A DNA stretch of 64,000 nucleotides from an uncultured Lachnospiraceae bacterium (GTDB taxonomy: Bacteria; Bacillota; Clostridia; Lachnospirales; Lachnospiraceae). The translations under genes were made by a program, and so were the position numbers. The DNA lies in NCBI GenBank assembly GCA_902788035.1, contig CADAIL010000007.1, forward strand, positions 46,869 through 110,868. The letters are read 5' to 3'. Shown piece by piece: positions 8,744-18,985 of this stretch; the stretch's first letter is position 1, and every line of letters starts with the position of its first letter. The notes beneath the pieces were generated by a model. It made no database searches, had not been told where the DNA came from, and was given only the letters and a program-made list of their open reading frames with translations.

Positions 8744-9383
8744 TTTCTCCTTTTTCTTTCGGTATCAGTTTGTCGAATATCTTTCTAAAATAAATTGACA
8801 TGATATACGACAGTCCGCCGGGTCCCAGAAGGAGCCATAACGGAAGTATCACAAAGAAATGGTCCGGTCGCAGATAGAAATAGATATGAGGACCGAGATT
8901 TAAGATGACGAACATGCCTGTCTCCAGCGGATTCAGGACGGCCAGTTTCCAGGCGTTGCCAAACGTGTTTTTAACAGTGTTGTCGAACATGGCAAGAAGC
9001 GGACATACATACGAATAGACCGCGGTAAAGAGAAGAACTGCTGCGCAGACGATCCCGGGAAGAATCCTTCCGGCAGAAGCCCCGCTGACAACCAAATAAT
9101 CGACGAACAGCACCGTATATACGCCGATACCAATCAGGGTCACCGGGACGGACTGCTTGAAATTTTCTCTGAAAGCCTTAAAAAAGCTCCTGACAATTGC
9201 GCCTTCCTCATTCTTCACCATCTTAAGAGTGACCGTATACATGGCAATCGTCGCCGCCCCCATTGTGAAGACGGGTATGCTGCACACGATCCAGAGGACA
9301 GAAAGAATGCCGCAGTCGAATACCTTGGCAAGAAAGCGATTCAGTTTATTATCCGCATCAAACAACCTGTTCACCTGATACAC
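8736..9383 (-). CDS. DUF624/YesL family membrane protein
   Basis: LWIVCSIPVFTMGAATIAMY...FFKAFRENFKQS signature; several hydrophobic segments. Confidence 0.85.
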   Translation of the reverse strand: MYQVNRLFDADNKLNRFLAKVFDCGILSVLWIVCSIPVFTMGAATIAMYTVTLKMVKNEEGAIVRSFFKAFRENFKQSVPVTLIGIGVYTVLFVDYLVVSGASAGRILPGIVCAAVLLFTAVYSYVCPLLAMFDNTVKNTFGNAWKLAVLNPLETGMFVILNLGPHIYFYLRPDHFFVILPLWLLLGPGGLSYIMSIYFRKIFDKLIPKEKGENE

Positions 9384-9444
9384 CTCCCAAAAATTCTTAC
9401 GAAAAAAGCGGAAATGCTATAATGCACTTCCGCTTCTTTTCAGA

Positions 9445-9534
9445 CGGAGAAGGAGGGATTTGAACCCTCGCGCCGCTATTAACGACCTGCACCCTTTCCA
9501 GGGGTGTCCCTTCGGCCAGCTTGGGTACTTCTCC
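9445..9534 (-). tRNA. tRNA-Ser(GGA)
   Basis: GGAGAAGTACCCAAGCTGGCCGAAGGGACACCCCTGGAAAGGGTG...GGTTCAAATCCCTCCTTCTCCG; long variable arm, intact acceptor stem. Confidence 0.95.
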
Positions 9535-9603
9535 ACGTTGCTCGAATCTATGACGCTAAGCGTCTCAGTATTCAGTTGCTGCGCATCCGCAACAGCAGAA
9601 TTG

Positions 9604-9632
9604 ATTATAGCAAACCCCACCTGAATTTGCAA
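9604..9632 (-). promoter_or_regulatory. Sigma-A-type promoter for tRNA-Ser(GGA)
   Basis: TTGCAA-17 nt-TATAAT on the minus strand, about 70 nt upstream of the tRNA. Confidence 0.75.
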
Positions 9633-9687
9633 CACTTTTTTTGCATTTGTCTCAGCTTATTTAAGTACCGCTTATTTATGTACACCG

Positions 9688-9896
9688 GAACAGTTCAGAC
9701 AGGCTGTTACGAAGTTCCGGGTCCGGCCGCAAACATCATCTTCATCGAAAAACGCAGTTCCTGCCCTTCGAGCTTGAGTAGAGGCGGCTTACCGCCTCTA
9801 CCCGATCTCTCCGGTCGGAACTGCAATGTTTTTCTCACGAAGATGGATGCTTTGCTGCCGGAGACGAATTGCAGGAACAGCCTGTCTGAACTGTTC
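9688..9896 (-). repeat. Family A ~200-nt rod-like palindromic element, copy 1
   Basis: 21-bp perfect terminal IR GAACAGTTCAGACAGGCTGTT; conserved arms CCGGCAGCAAAGCATCCATCTTCGTGAGAAAAACATTG / CGTTTTTCGATGAAGATGATGTTTGC. Confidence 0.9.
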
Positions 9897-9951
9897 CTCG
9901 CCTACATCCGAAGTCAGCCCAACTTACTCATCCTTCTATTAATAATTGATA

Positions 9952-12396
9952 TCACACATGACTCAAGATTAAAGTCATCTCTCCCCGGGCGGTGAGCACA
10001 CCCTCCAGCGCGGGTACGAAAACACTCTCTCCCGCTTTCAGCTCCTCCTCGCTCCCGAGGAAGGATACTTTACCGGTGCCGCTCATACATATGATCGAGG
10101 TGAACTTGCTCGTGTCCATCGGAATCCGGGTCTCTCCTTTGATCTCGTACACTGTCGCCTCAAAATACTTGCACCTGGTGACGACTGTGCCCGCGGAATC
10201 TTCCACCTGTTCAATCCCTGCAGGAACGAATTTCTTAAAGTTGAGGACATCAAGAGCTTTCTTCAGATGAAGCTCACGGGGATTTCCGAATTTGTCCCGA
10301 CGGTCAAAGTCATAGAGACGATATGTCGAATTGGAGCTCTGCTGTATCTCACAGACAAGATTGCCGCCGCCGATCGCGTGGACCGTCCCGGCGGGGATGT
10401 AATACACGTCGCCGGGCTTTGTCTCATAGTAGTTGAGAATATCCATGATCGTATTGTCAGCAACCCGGCGCTCTACTTCCTCCGCAGTGACATCACGGTT
10501 GAAGCCTACATAAAGGCCGGCCCCCGGCTCAGCGGCCATAACATACCACATCTCATTTTTACCGTATTCGTTTTCAAACTCCAGCGCGTAGTCATCATTC
10601 GGATGTACCTGGACAGACAGATTGTCTTTGGCATCTATGAATTTGACCAGAAGCGGGAAGTTCTGCAGCGGGCTGCACTTCCAGCCGAGCGCTTCCTTGC
10701 CCACGCCCTTCACATAATCATCAAAATACATACCGCGGTACCGTCCGCTCGCAATGATGCTGGGGCCCGCCTTGTGGGCAGACATTTCCCAGGCTTCCGC
10801 GATGATGTCATAATCGCACTTCATCCCATAAACGTCACGAAGCTTCGTGCCGCCCCACAGGTTATCCTTGAATGATGGAAGAAGCCTGACCAGCGGCTCA
10901 ACAACATATCCGCCGGAAATATTCTCAGAGTCTGCAGCATAGATCTCTGCTCCGCCCTCGAAACTTCCGACGGCTGTCTCCACCATGACCAGAGTCTCCT
11001 CACCCTGGTTGGAGATTGAGTGTTCACATCCGATCGGAATGTCAATATTGGAATTAATGCCGTAGACTCGGGATACGCCGTCCTTAATGATCTCTGCTTT
11101 TCCCTGAACGATTGTAAAGTTCTTGCTGCACTTAGCCAGACTGTGGGTTGGGATCGTATTGCCGGCAGGGATAAAAATCCGTCTGATCCGATAACCTTCA
11201 GCTTCCACCAGTTCCTCATAGTGTCCCCAGGGGCGATAAAAGACTTTACCGTTATCAGCTACGTCCGTCAGCTCTGAATGGTTTTTAACTATATCCTTGA
11301 CCTCACTGGAGCGGCCGTAGCGGCCGACATAGATGGCATCGGGTGTATTTGCGACAATGATGTTATCGAGTCCGTTGATCACGATCGCCTGCTCAGGGTA
11401 TGTATTGAAGACCACAGAATTATAGCAGTCCTCCTTAATGACGATGCCGCCGGCGTTATAGTCTGTGGCTGACAGATCCTCCAGGCTGTCGATCTGGCTC
11501 CACAGGAAGACGCCGCGCACAGCTGCCAGCTTGTCCGTCTTTTCAAGCAGAGCCTTTGCGATGTGCATCGGATTGAAGATTTTCTCCGCTTTAGCGGTAT
11601 AGTACACATAGTTTCCTGTCAGCGTAGGCGCGTCTATGAGAGCGCTCTTCTTCCACGCATCCTGCAGATCGTAGGTCTTTTCGGAATCCTCGACCATATA
11701 TGTCATATCAGCGCCTGCTGTGAGACGCTCATCGTAGACCGCCCGGCATTTGTAATACTCTTCCGGCTGCGCCAGACGAAGTTCGTTGAGAAAGACATCC
11801 GCTCTGAAAAGAAGCATGCCTAGATTACGGTAAACAGCCTCTTTCTTAAGGTCGATTAATGCACGCGCCGCAGCATCCGGCTTCTCTATGAACTTCCCGA
11901 CCGTCCCGTCATCGCGGAGCCCGAACACATAGCCGAACCTCGGATTTATTTCACTCTCTCTCAGTGTAAAGAGCGATATTTTACCGTCACGGGCATATTC
12001 CTTGGCCTGCATGACGCAATCCTTATAGTCTTTCTCACCGTTGCCGCTCTCCGGTCTGGGATAGATCACATGGTCTGCAACCACGACAAAAACATATTCC
12101 GACGGAACAATATCAAGGCATGCAAGCGCAATCGCATGCAGCGTGTCCCTGGAATTCTCCTCATAGACACAGCGATACGGAGTTCCCTGAAAAGCTTTCA
12201 TCTGATCTTCGATGATAAAACGGTAATCGCTTTTAGTCACGATGATAAATTCATCGCAGAATGGGAGATTTCTCGAGACTGTCTCCTGAAACAGAGAGTG
12301 ATTTTTCTGAATCTCAATGAACTGTTTCGGGTAATTTTTTCTTGATAACGGCCACAGGCGCTCGCCCTGTCCTCCGGCCAGGATCAGACATTTCAT
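9952..12396 (-). CDS. Fusion: mannose-1-phosphate guanylyltransferase-like + cupin + class I mannose-6-phosphate isomerase
   Basis: Start refined to MKCLILAGGQGERLWPLSRKNYPKQF (RBS AAGGAGG); RPWG cupin; C-terminal PLLVKFIDAKDNLSVQVHP..GKNEMWY..EIQQSS (PMI type I). Confidence 0.9.
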   Translation of the reverse strand: MKCLILAGGQGERLWPLSRKNYPKQFIEIQKNHSLFQETVSRNLPFCDEFIIVTKSDYRFIIEDQMKAFQGTPYRCVYEENSRDTLHAIALACLDIVPSEYVFVVVADHVIYPRPESGNGEKDYKDCVMQAKEYARDGKISLFTLRESEINPRFGYVFGLRDDGTVGKFIEKPDAAARALIDLKKEAVYRNLGMLLFRADVFLNELRLAQPEEYYKCRAVYDERLTAGADMTYMVEDSEKTYDLQDAWKKSALIDAPTLTGNYVYYTAKAEKIFNPMHIAKALLEKTDKLAAVRGVFLWSQIDSLEDLSATDYNAGGIVIKEDCYNSVVFNTYPEQAIVINGLDNIIVANTPDAIYVGRYGRSSEVKDIVKNHSELTDVADNGKVFYRPWGHYEELVEAEGYRIRRIFIPAGNTIPTHSLAKCSKNFTIVQGKAEIIKDGVSRVYGINSNIDIPIGCEHSISNQGEETLVMVETAVGSFEGGAEIYAADSENISGGYVVEPLVRLLPSFKDNLWGGTKLRDVYGMKCDYDIIAEAWEMSAHKAGPSIIASGRYRGMYFDDYVKGVGKEALGWKCSPLQNFPLLVKFIDAKDNLSVQVHPNDDYALEFENEYGKNEMWYVMAAEPGAGLYVGFNRDVTAEEVERRVADNTIMDILNYYETKPGDVYYIPAGTVHAIGGGNLVCEIQQSSNSTYRLYDFDRRDKFGNPRELHLKKALDVLNFKKFVPAGIEQVEDSAGTVVTRCKYFEATVYEIKGETRIPMDTSKFTSIICMSGTGKVSFLGSEEELKAGESVFVPALEGVLTARGEMTLILSHV

Positions 12397-12712
12397 AAGG
12401 TCCTCCTTTAAACGATGCTGACACACCAATGCGCATTGAACTATTTAAGTATATTTTAACATTACGTCCGAAAATGGCAACTCAAAGAATCTGTTAATTG
12501 TCTGACGACAACTCTGCGTCGCAGCGCTGACCTTGCGGCACAGCCGCTTCGATGTACGTTGGCCGAACGAGCAGGTTCGTGCGAGCACGACCTGCACGTT
12601 CGGCTTTATCGCGCAAAAAGAGCAGTGGCACTAACATGGCACCACTGCTCTTTTCGATTTATCCTATGTTATTCATTACATCCGCAGCAGTAAGTTCCCG
12701 CCTCTTTGGTCA

Positions 12713-13123
12713 TCATGCTTTTTCCTGCTCTTTCATCCTCTCGGCGCAGTCGCGGCACAGCCCGGTGAACTCAATTTCATGCTTTTCAGTAAAGAATCCG
12801 TTTTGCTCCAGCCGGCTGTCAAGATCCTGCATGTAAGGCAGAACCGCGTCCGCGATCCTGCCGCAGCATCTGCAGTGCAGATGGTAATGCGGCTCTGTCT
12901 TATAGTCATATCGCACATCTTCTCCCATCAGCTGGACCCGGGTAATGCTCCCCTCATCAGCAGCATCTGAAAGCACCCTGAACACGGTGGCGCGGGACAC
13001 CTTCTGCCCGTCCTTTGACAGATGCTCCGCGACCATGGAGGCCGTCGGGTGATTATCCATATGATACAGCGCATCCCGAATTGCCCGTTTCTGATGGGTA
13101 GTCCGCTTCTCTGTTTTCGACAT
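12713..13123 (-). CDS. Fur/PerR family transcriptional regulator
   Basis: HPTASMV...SRATVFRVL...HYHLHCRCCG...GLCRDC; start refined to MSKTEKR (RBS AGGAG). Confidence 0.9.
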   Translation of the reverse strand: MSKTEKRTTHQKRAIRDALYHMDNHPTASMVAEHLSKDGQKVSRATVFRVLSDAADEGSITRVQLMGEDVRYDYKTEPHYHLHCRCCGRIADAVLPYMQDLDSRLEQNGFFTEKHEIEFTGLCRDCAERMKEQEKA

Positions 13124-13272
13124 CAGATGATCTCCTAATACAATGCAGTTCCTAAGCGACCGGGCGGCAGTCATGCATACCGCGCCGGTTGTGACCTTAT
13201 CATGCTGTAATCGTACTTGAGATTACATCTCAATCTTAGCGTAACGGACGTTCATTGCCAAGACTAACCTTA

Positions 13273-13809
13273 CTATTCCACAATACTAAATGTGAGACAC
13301 TCTCCGTTATCTATCTGATAATCATAGAAATCACCGCCGTCGATCCGTGACATAACAGCCATGATCGTGCCGCCGTGAACAACAAAAGCGGCATCCCTGC
13401 CGTCCGCGATATCCATAGCCTCATAGAAGCCTTTCATGACCCGGTCAGTCATCTCATTCATTGATTCGCCTCCGGGAAAAGGCATTGTGCCGCCGCTGTC
13501 GATCCAGTTCTGATATTCAGGATTTCCGCTGAGTTCCATATAGTTTCTGCCTTCAAATAATCCGAAGTCACATTCACGGAAATCACTGATCACATGCATT
13601 TCCATTTCCGGATATATGATACCTGCGGTTTCGATACATCTCCGCATCGGACTCACGAACAAAATCTCCGGATGCCCGTACTCTCCCCTCGCAGCCCGCT
13701 CACTGAGCTCCTTAGCGCTCTCCGGCAGGAGCGATTCATCTGTCCTTCCTATATACCGCTTCTCTTTATTTCCCGGCGTACGTCCGTGCCGGATAAAATA
13801 CAGTTCCAT
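13273..13809 (-). CDS. cobC: Histidine phosphatase, alpha-ribazole phosphatase-like
   Basis: FIRHGRT..N, SPMRRCIET, RECDFG.FEG, VVHGGTI motifs; follows cobS. Confidence 0.75.
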   Translation of the reverse strand: MELYFIRHGRTPGNKEKRYIGRTDESLLPESAKELSERAARGEYGHPEILFVSPMRRCIETAGIIYPEMEMHVISDFRECDFGLFEGRNYMELSGNPEYQNWIDSGGTMPFPGGESMNEMTDRVMKGFYEAMDIADGRDAAFVVHGGTIMAVMSRIDGGDFYDYQIDNGECLTFSIVE

Positions 13810-13837
13810 AGCAATCTCCGGATTTCTTTGCGCAGCT

Positions 13838-14602
13838 TCAAATCATTATGAGCGAAGCCGCCGCTGCCACCGCGGCAAAGACAAGTTCAAGTTCAAGAAT
13901 AAGACAGCCGCACAGATCACCGCTGAGCCCGCCGAATTCACGCTCCATCTTTCTGCAGAAAATGAGCGCCCACAGAGCGCCGGCTGCCACTGCCGCAAAA
14001 CCGGCATACGGCGACACAATAATCATCATGGCCGACCACAGTACATTGGAGACGAGAAGCGCGATCCTCACCTTAGGCTTGTCAGAAGCCTCCGTGAATG
14101 TATACGCCATGCCTTCCCGCTTATTGCCGGGCATATAGACCATAGCCGTCCCGGTCAGCGATCTGGCATAAGCAAATCCGAAAGCCGCAATGAGAGCGTA
14201 TTCCGCATTAACTTCAGAGACAGACGCCAGCATAAGCAGATAGTATACAATTGTCATGATCACGGAAAACGCGCCTATATGGCTGTCTTCAAGAATCATC
14301 AGTTTCTTTTCCCGTGATCCCCAGGAATTTCGGGCGTCCATCGTATCCATGTAACCGTCCACATGAATACCGCCCGAAAGGAGTATGGGGAGCGCGGTCA
14401 GAAGGCATGCGCGCGCAGTCGTTCCCGCGCCGATATATATCAGAAGCCGGAAAAGAAGATACCATAAAAGACCAAGAACAGCTCCGACCAGCGGCAGAAA
14501 GCATAATACGAACCGCATGTTTTCCTTCTTCCACTCCACTTTTGGCATCGGTATTTTACTGTACATTGCAAATGCTATCACAAGCGATCGTACAACTCCC
14601 AT
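13838..14602 (-). CDS. cobS: Adenosylcobinamide-GDP ribazoletransferase
   Basis: GGIHVDGYMDTMD, DSHIGAF and FGGLSGDLCG motifs. Confidence 0.92.
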   Translation of the reverse strand: MGVVRSLVIAFAMYSKIPMPKVEWKKENMRFVLCFLPLVGAVLGLLWYLLFRLLIYIGAGTTARACLLTALPILLSGGIHVDGYMDTMDARNSWGSREKKLMILEDSHIGAFSVIMTIVYYLLMLASVSEVNAEYALIAAFGFAYARSLTGTAMVYMPGNKREGMAYTFTEASDKPKVRIALLVSNVLWSAMMIIVSPYAGFAAVAAGALWALIFCRKMEREFGGLSGDLCGCLILELELVFAAVAAAASLIMI

Positions 14603-14616
14603 CCGAGCATCTCCTG

Positions 14617-15723
14617 TTATTTCCTCATGAACACCCGTATTCCGTCCTCAGCATCTTCATCAGATACAAATCCCATATCATCAAAAGTAAGCGCGCTGTT
14701 ATACTCCGCTGCCGCCACATCCAGAATCGGAAAAAGAAGGACAGCACCCGTTCCCTCGCCCAGTGCCAGGTCAGCTTGCAGGATTGCCTTAAGGCCGAGC
14801 TTTTTAAGAACTGCCGAAGTACCCGCTTCCCGACCGATATGAGACGCGATCAGATAGTCTCTGACATTCTCATTCATGTAAACCGCCGTGAGAGCTGCCG
14901 CTGCCGAAATAAGGCCGTCCAGAATGACCGGGATATGGTGGGATGCGCAGCCCGTATAAAAGCCTGCCATGGCAGCAATATCAAGGCCACCGACGCAGCA
15001 GAGAGCGCGCCATGCCGTCTCTGCCGGCTCACCGCCGCTGCAATCTAATAATTCATGCTTGAGAATGCCTCTACGCACGACATCGATTTTTCTTACGAGA
15101 CCGCTGTCATCAAGTCCGGCTCCTCTTCCGACTATCTCCCGGGGTTCGCGGTCCAAAAGTGCAGCAATCACCGCTGCCGATGTAGTCGTGTTCCCGATTC
15201 CCATCTCTCCGGCTGCCGCGATCCTGATCCCTTTTTCGCTGATCCGGTCCGCCATATAAAGACCTGCCCCGAAAGCTTTCCGGGCATCCTCATCTGTCAT
15301 GGCCGGTCCCTCAAGAAAACTGCGGGTCCCGTCCGTCACATGAAGATCGACCATCTCACGCGGTCTGACCGGCAGATACCTTGAATCGATGCCGACATCC
15401 ACGCAGATCACATCACATCCGGCAGCCCGGCTCATCGTGTTGATGTTTCCGCGCCCGCAGGCGATATGAGCGGCGACACCCGCGGTGAGATCCGGAGAAG
15501 ACTGAGCGATCCGCTCAGCGACGATCCCGTTATCTGCCGCAAAGACAACTGCGGCGCGGGGAGATAAATCTATGTTCTCCGTCCTCTGAGCACCCGCGAT
15601 ACGAACAATCAGCTCCTCGAGATCCCCGAGGGATTTTTTGGGCTTGGACACGGCATCCCATCGGCTTTCGGCCCGGGATATCGCTTCCGCATCCGCCGGA
15701 AGAATCTTTATTTCGTTAATCAT
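14617..15723 (-). CDS. cobT: Nicotinate-nucleotide--dimethylbenzimidazole phosphoribosyltransferase
   Basis: KPKKSLGDLE, FAADNGI, GEMGIGNTTTSAA, LALGEGTGA. Confidence 0.93.
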   Translation of the reverse strand: MINEIKILPADAEAISRAESRWDAVSKPKKSLGDLEELIVRIAGAQRTENIDLSPRAAVVFAADNGIVAERIAQSSPDLTAGVAAHIACGRGNINTMSRAAGCDVICVDVGIDSRYLPVRPREMVDLHVTDGTRSFLEGPAMTDEDARKAFGAGLYMADRISEKGIRIAAAGEMGIGNTTTSAAVIAALLDREPREIVGRGAGLDDSGLVRKIDVVRRGILKHELLDCSGGEPAETAWRALCCVGGLDIAAMAGFYTGCASHHIPVILDGLISAAAALTAVYMNENVRDYLIASHIGREAGTSAVLKKLGLKAILQADLALGEGTGAVLLFPILDVAAAEYNSALTFDDMGFVSDEDAEDGIRVFMRK

Positions 15724-16906
15724 CGATTTTTACCAGGGAGATCAGGAGCTCTGCACACTTTTCCATCTCCTGAACGCTTGCAAATTCATACCGGCCATGA
15801 AAATTATATCCGCCTGTGCACAGATTCGGGCAAGGGATACCTTTGAAACTCAGGGCAGCGCCGTCCGTACCCCCTCTTATGGGCATCGTGACACAGTTTA
15901 CACCGAGCTTTGCAAACTTTTCCTTAACGCGCTCGATCATATCCATATGATCTTTCATCACCTCAGCCATGTTATAGTAGGTGTCCCGGATATCGAGCGT
16001 GATCGTGCCCTCACCGTACTTCTCGTTGAGAAATGTCGCGATTCTCGCGAACAGGCCCTTTCTCATCTCGAATAAGCCGCGGTCATGATCCCTGATGATA
16101 TACTTCATCCGGGCCTCATCCACGCCGCCTTCCATGGTCGACAGCATGAAGAAACCTTCATACATAGTCGTGTGCTCAGGTCTTTCAATCGCAGGGAGAA
16201 AACCGTTGAACTCCATGGCCACGTAGATGGCGTTGATCATCTTGTCCTTCGCGTCTCCCGGATGGACGCTCCTGCCCTTGATCTTAACTTCCGCAGATGC
16301 GGCGTTAAAGCACTCGTATTCCACTACCCCGAGCTTGCCGCCGTCCACAGTGTAGGCTTCTGCGGCTCCGAACTGATCCGTATCAAAATGCAGAGTTCCC
16401 TGACCGATTTCCTCATCCGACGTAAATGCGACAGAGATGGTCCTGTGGCGGATCTCAGGGTGCTCGCTGTAATACTGAAGCATGTTCATGATCTCGGCGA
16501 TGCCCGCCTTGTCATCCGCCCCCAGAAGAGTAGTGCCGTCAGTCGCAATCAGAGTCTCTCCGTGATGCAGAGCGAGCTCCGGAAACTGATCCTCCCGAAG
16601 GAACGGATCGTCTCCCTGGAAGTTCTCAATGAACCTGGGCTTTACATTCGCGCCGGACGCGGCCGGCGACGTATCCATATGAGATACGAAGCCGAGAGGT
16701 TCTCCCTCACCTTTAAGTTTTGCATATACATTACAGTGATCCCTGTCATATACAACATCTTCCGCCCCGAGTTCGACAAGTTCCGAGACCAGCAGTCCCG
16801 CCAGGTCATGCTGTTTCATGGTGCTTGGACTTGTCGTGCTCTCCTCGCTGCTCTGGGTGTCGATTGCAACATAGTTAAGGAATCTGTTGATCAGGTTTTC
16901 TGTCAT
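15716..16906 (-). CDS. pepT: Peptidase T (M20B)
   Basis: SHMDT, LLGADDKAG, DEEIG, IRGGTDGA, FHGRYEF. Confidence 0.95.
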   Translation of the reverse strand: MTENLINRFLNYVAIDTQSSEESTTSPSTMKQHDLAGLLVSELVELGAEDVVYDRDHCNVYAKLKGEGEPLGFVSHMDTSPAASGANVKPRFIENFQGDDPFLREDQFPELALHHGETLIATDGTTLLGADDKAGIAEIMNMLQYYSEHPEIRHRTISVAFTSDEEIGQGTLHFDTDQFGAAEAYTVDGGKLGVVEYECFNAASAEVKIKGRSVHPGDAKDKMINAIYVAMEFNGFLPAIERPEHTTMYEGFFMLSTMEGGVDEARMKYIIRDHDRGLFEMRKGLFARIATFLNEKYGEGTITLDIRDTYYNMAEVMKDHMDMIERVKEKFAKLGVNCVTMPIRGGTDGAALSFKGIPCPNLCTGGYNFHGRYEFASVQEMEKCAELLISLVKIDD

Positions 16907-17019
16907 TATGCATATGCCTCCAAATTATTCTTGTCTGTTTCAGGTGCTGTACGGTCCGCGCGATGCGCTTCGGCCTTATCGCGCAAGAAAAAAGACGTCC
17001 TCGGAAGGACGCCCTTAAG

Positions 17020-17105
17020 CGGAGAGGATGGGATTCGAACCCATGCGCCCGTTAGGACAAACGGTTTTCAAGACCGCCTCGTTATGACCGCTTCGATACC
17101 TCTCC
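17020..17105 (-). tRNA. tRNA-Ser(TGA)
   Basis: GGAGAGGTATCGAAGCGGTCATAACGAGGCGGTCTTGAAAACCG...GGTTCGAATCCCATCCTCTCCG; upstream TTGCTT-17-TATAAT promoter (17133..17161). Confidence 0.95.
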
Positions 17106-17169
17106 ATATATGCTGTCTCAGACAGCTAAATTATTATAACAAAGCCTGCGCAAAAAAGCAACCACAAAA

Positions 17170-17832
17170 TCAGATTTTCAGATCTTCCGGTGTTGTGATT
17201 TTAATATTGCTGTAAGCTCCTTCGACGAGCCGGACCTTTGTGAGTCCTGCCGCCTCGACCACCATCGCATCGTCTGTGATCTTTGTCATGTCCGAGTCCC
17301 GGATGAGTTCGTACGCGGCTCTTATGATCGCGTATGAAAAGACCTGCGGAGTCTGAATCGTCCACACACGCCTACGGTCCGGCGTACTAAGGACATAGCC
17401 GTTTTCATCAGCGATCTTGATCGTATCCTTGACCGGCATACCCGCCGCGACTGCCTGATACATCTCGACCTCCGACGCGCATCTCCTGATAATATCCTCC
17501 GTCACATACGGTCTTGCTCCGTCGTGAATAAATACATAATCTGCCTCCGGGCAGGCAAGCAGGCCGGAGTAAACGGAGTCATAGCGTTCCGCCCCGCCAT
17601 TTACAATTTTCTTGACCTTTCGAAAGATCTCCTTGAGAACGATCTCCGTCTTAACAAAATCAGCCCAGTCAGGTGAGACCACAAGTACAATTTCCTGAAT
17701 CTCAGGACTCTCCTCAAATACTCTTACAGTCCTTGTAAGCACCATCTCGTTGTCCAGCGGAAGAAACTGCTTGGGAGTTGCGGAATTCATGCGCGAGCCT
17801 GTTCCGGCCGCCACAATAATTGCTGCATTCAT
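17170..17832 (-). CDS. ispD: 2-C-methyl-D-erythritol 4-phosphate cytidylyltransferase
   Basis: Start refined to MNAAIIVAAGTGSRM..PKQF; HDGARP, QTPQVF, TDDA, NIKITTPED. Confidence 0.95.
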   Translation of the reverse strand: MNAAIIVAAGTGSRMNSATPKQFLPLDNEMVLTRTVRVFEESPEIQEIVLVVSPDWADFVKTEIVLKEIFRKVKKIVNGGAERYDSVYSGLLACPEADYVFIHDGARPYVTEDIIRRCASEVEMYQAVAAGMPVKDTIKIADENGYVLSTPDRRRVWTIQTPQVFSYAIIRAAYELIRDSDMTKITDDAMVVEAAGLTKVRLVEGAYSNIKITTPEDLKI

Positions 17833-17953
17833 AAGGGACCTCCATACATTCTTACTGCCCGCTGCCCGAAGACGCGGGAAGCATCTCATTTTGAGATAAT
17901 CCGGCATTGGAAAAACGCCGTGTTTTTATGCAGGCTTTACGCCTGCCATGTAA

Positions 17954-18976
17954 TTATTTCTCCCCAAGCCTGAGTCCCGGTACAGCGTTCAGGTCCCATC
18001 CGCTTCTCGTTCCGGCCTCGTACTCGTGGAACGCGGCCGCTCCGATCATGACCGCGTTATCCGTACAGTAGACCGGCGACGGGATGAATAGCCTGAGACC
18101 GTTCGCATCGCACATTTTCCTCAGCCCTTCTCTGAGTCCGCTGTTCGACGCGACACCGCCTGCCACCGCGACATTTTTAATACCGTAATCCTTTGCTGCC
18201 TTAAGTGTGTGTTCACATATGACGTCTACGACTGATTTCTGGAAGCTGGCCGCAAGATCCGCGCGGTTCACTTCCTCATGCTTCATCTCCGCCTGATTGA
18301 GGTAATTAAGTACCGCGCTCTTAAGTCCGCTGAAACTGAAGTCATACTCCGAGCCGTTCACTTTGGCCTTCGTGAAACGTACAGCGTTCGGGTTCCCTTC
18401 TTTCGATATCTTATCGATTTTCGGTCCGCCCGGATACCCGAGTCCGATTGCTCTGGCCACTTTGTCAAATGCCTCTCCCGCAGCATCATCGACTGTTCTT
18501 CCCAGGATCCTGAACTTTGCCCAGTCCTCGACAATTACCAGGTGCGTGTGTCCGCCGGACACGATGAGTCCGAGGTAAGGAGGAACAAGATCCGGATGTT
18601 CAATGTAATTGGCAGAAATATGCCCTTCGATGTGATGTACACCTATGAGCGGTTTTTTGGCTGCCCACGCAATTGCCTTGGCCTCCGCGACTCCGACGAG
18701 CAGCGCACCGACAAGTCCCGGTCCGTAAGTCACCGCTATCGCATCCGTATCTTTGAGCTCCATACCCGCGTCATCGAGGGCCTTCTGGATCACATAATTG
18801 ATTTTTTCTATATGTGCGCGGGACGCAAGCTCCGGCACGACGCCGCCGTAGACAGTGTGCATATCGATCTGCGAGTAAATGACATTGGAAAGCACCTCTT
18901 TGCCGTCCCTTACAACAGCGGCGGCAGTCTCATCACAGGAACTCTCAATCGCCAGTATATCTATATGTCCGTCCAT
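17954..18976 (-). CDS. tsaD: tRNA N6-adenosine threonylcarbamoyltransferase
   Basis: [42 protein letters not shown]. Confidence 0.97.
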   Translation of the reverse strand: MDGHIDILAIESSCDETAAAVVRDGKEVLSNVIYSQIDMHTVYGGVVPELASRAHIEKINYVIQKALDDAGMELKDTDAIAVTYGPGLVGALLVGVAEAKAIAWAAKKPLIGVHHIEGHISANYIEHPDLVPPYLGLIVSGGHTHLVIVEDWAKFRILGRTVDDAAGEAFDKVARAIGLGYPGGPKIDKISKEGNPNAVRFTKAKVNGSEYDFSFSGLKSAVLNYLNQAEMKHEEVNRADLAASFQKSVVDVICEHTLKAAKDYGIKNVAVAGGVASNSGLREGLRKMCDANGLRLFIPSPVYCTDNAVMIGAAAFHEYEAGTRSGWDLNAVPGLRLGEK

Positions 18977-18985
18977 GTATCTGTC

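Noticed and set aside
9688-9896. Family A as integron attC sites
   Set aside because: No RYYYAAC/GTTRRRY boxes, copies are not arrayed between cassettes, and there is no IntI; only a structural analogy.
12561-12605. Group II intron domain V-like hairpin (GCACGTTCGG)
   Set aside because: No AGC/CGC triad in the right register, no domain VI and no other intron features.
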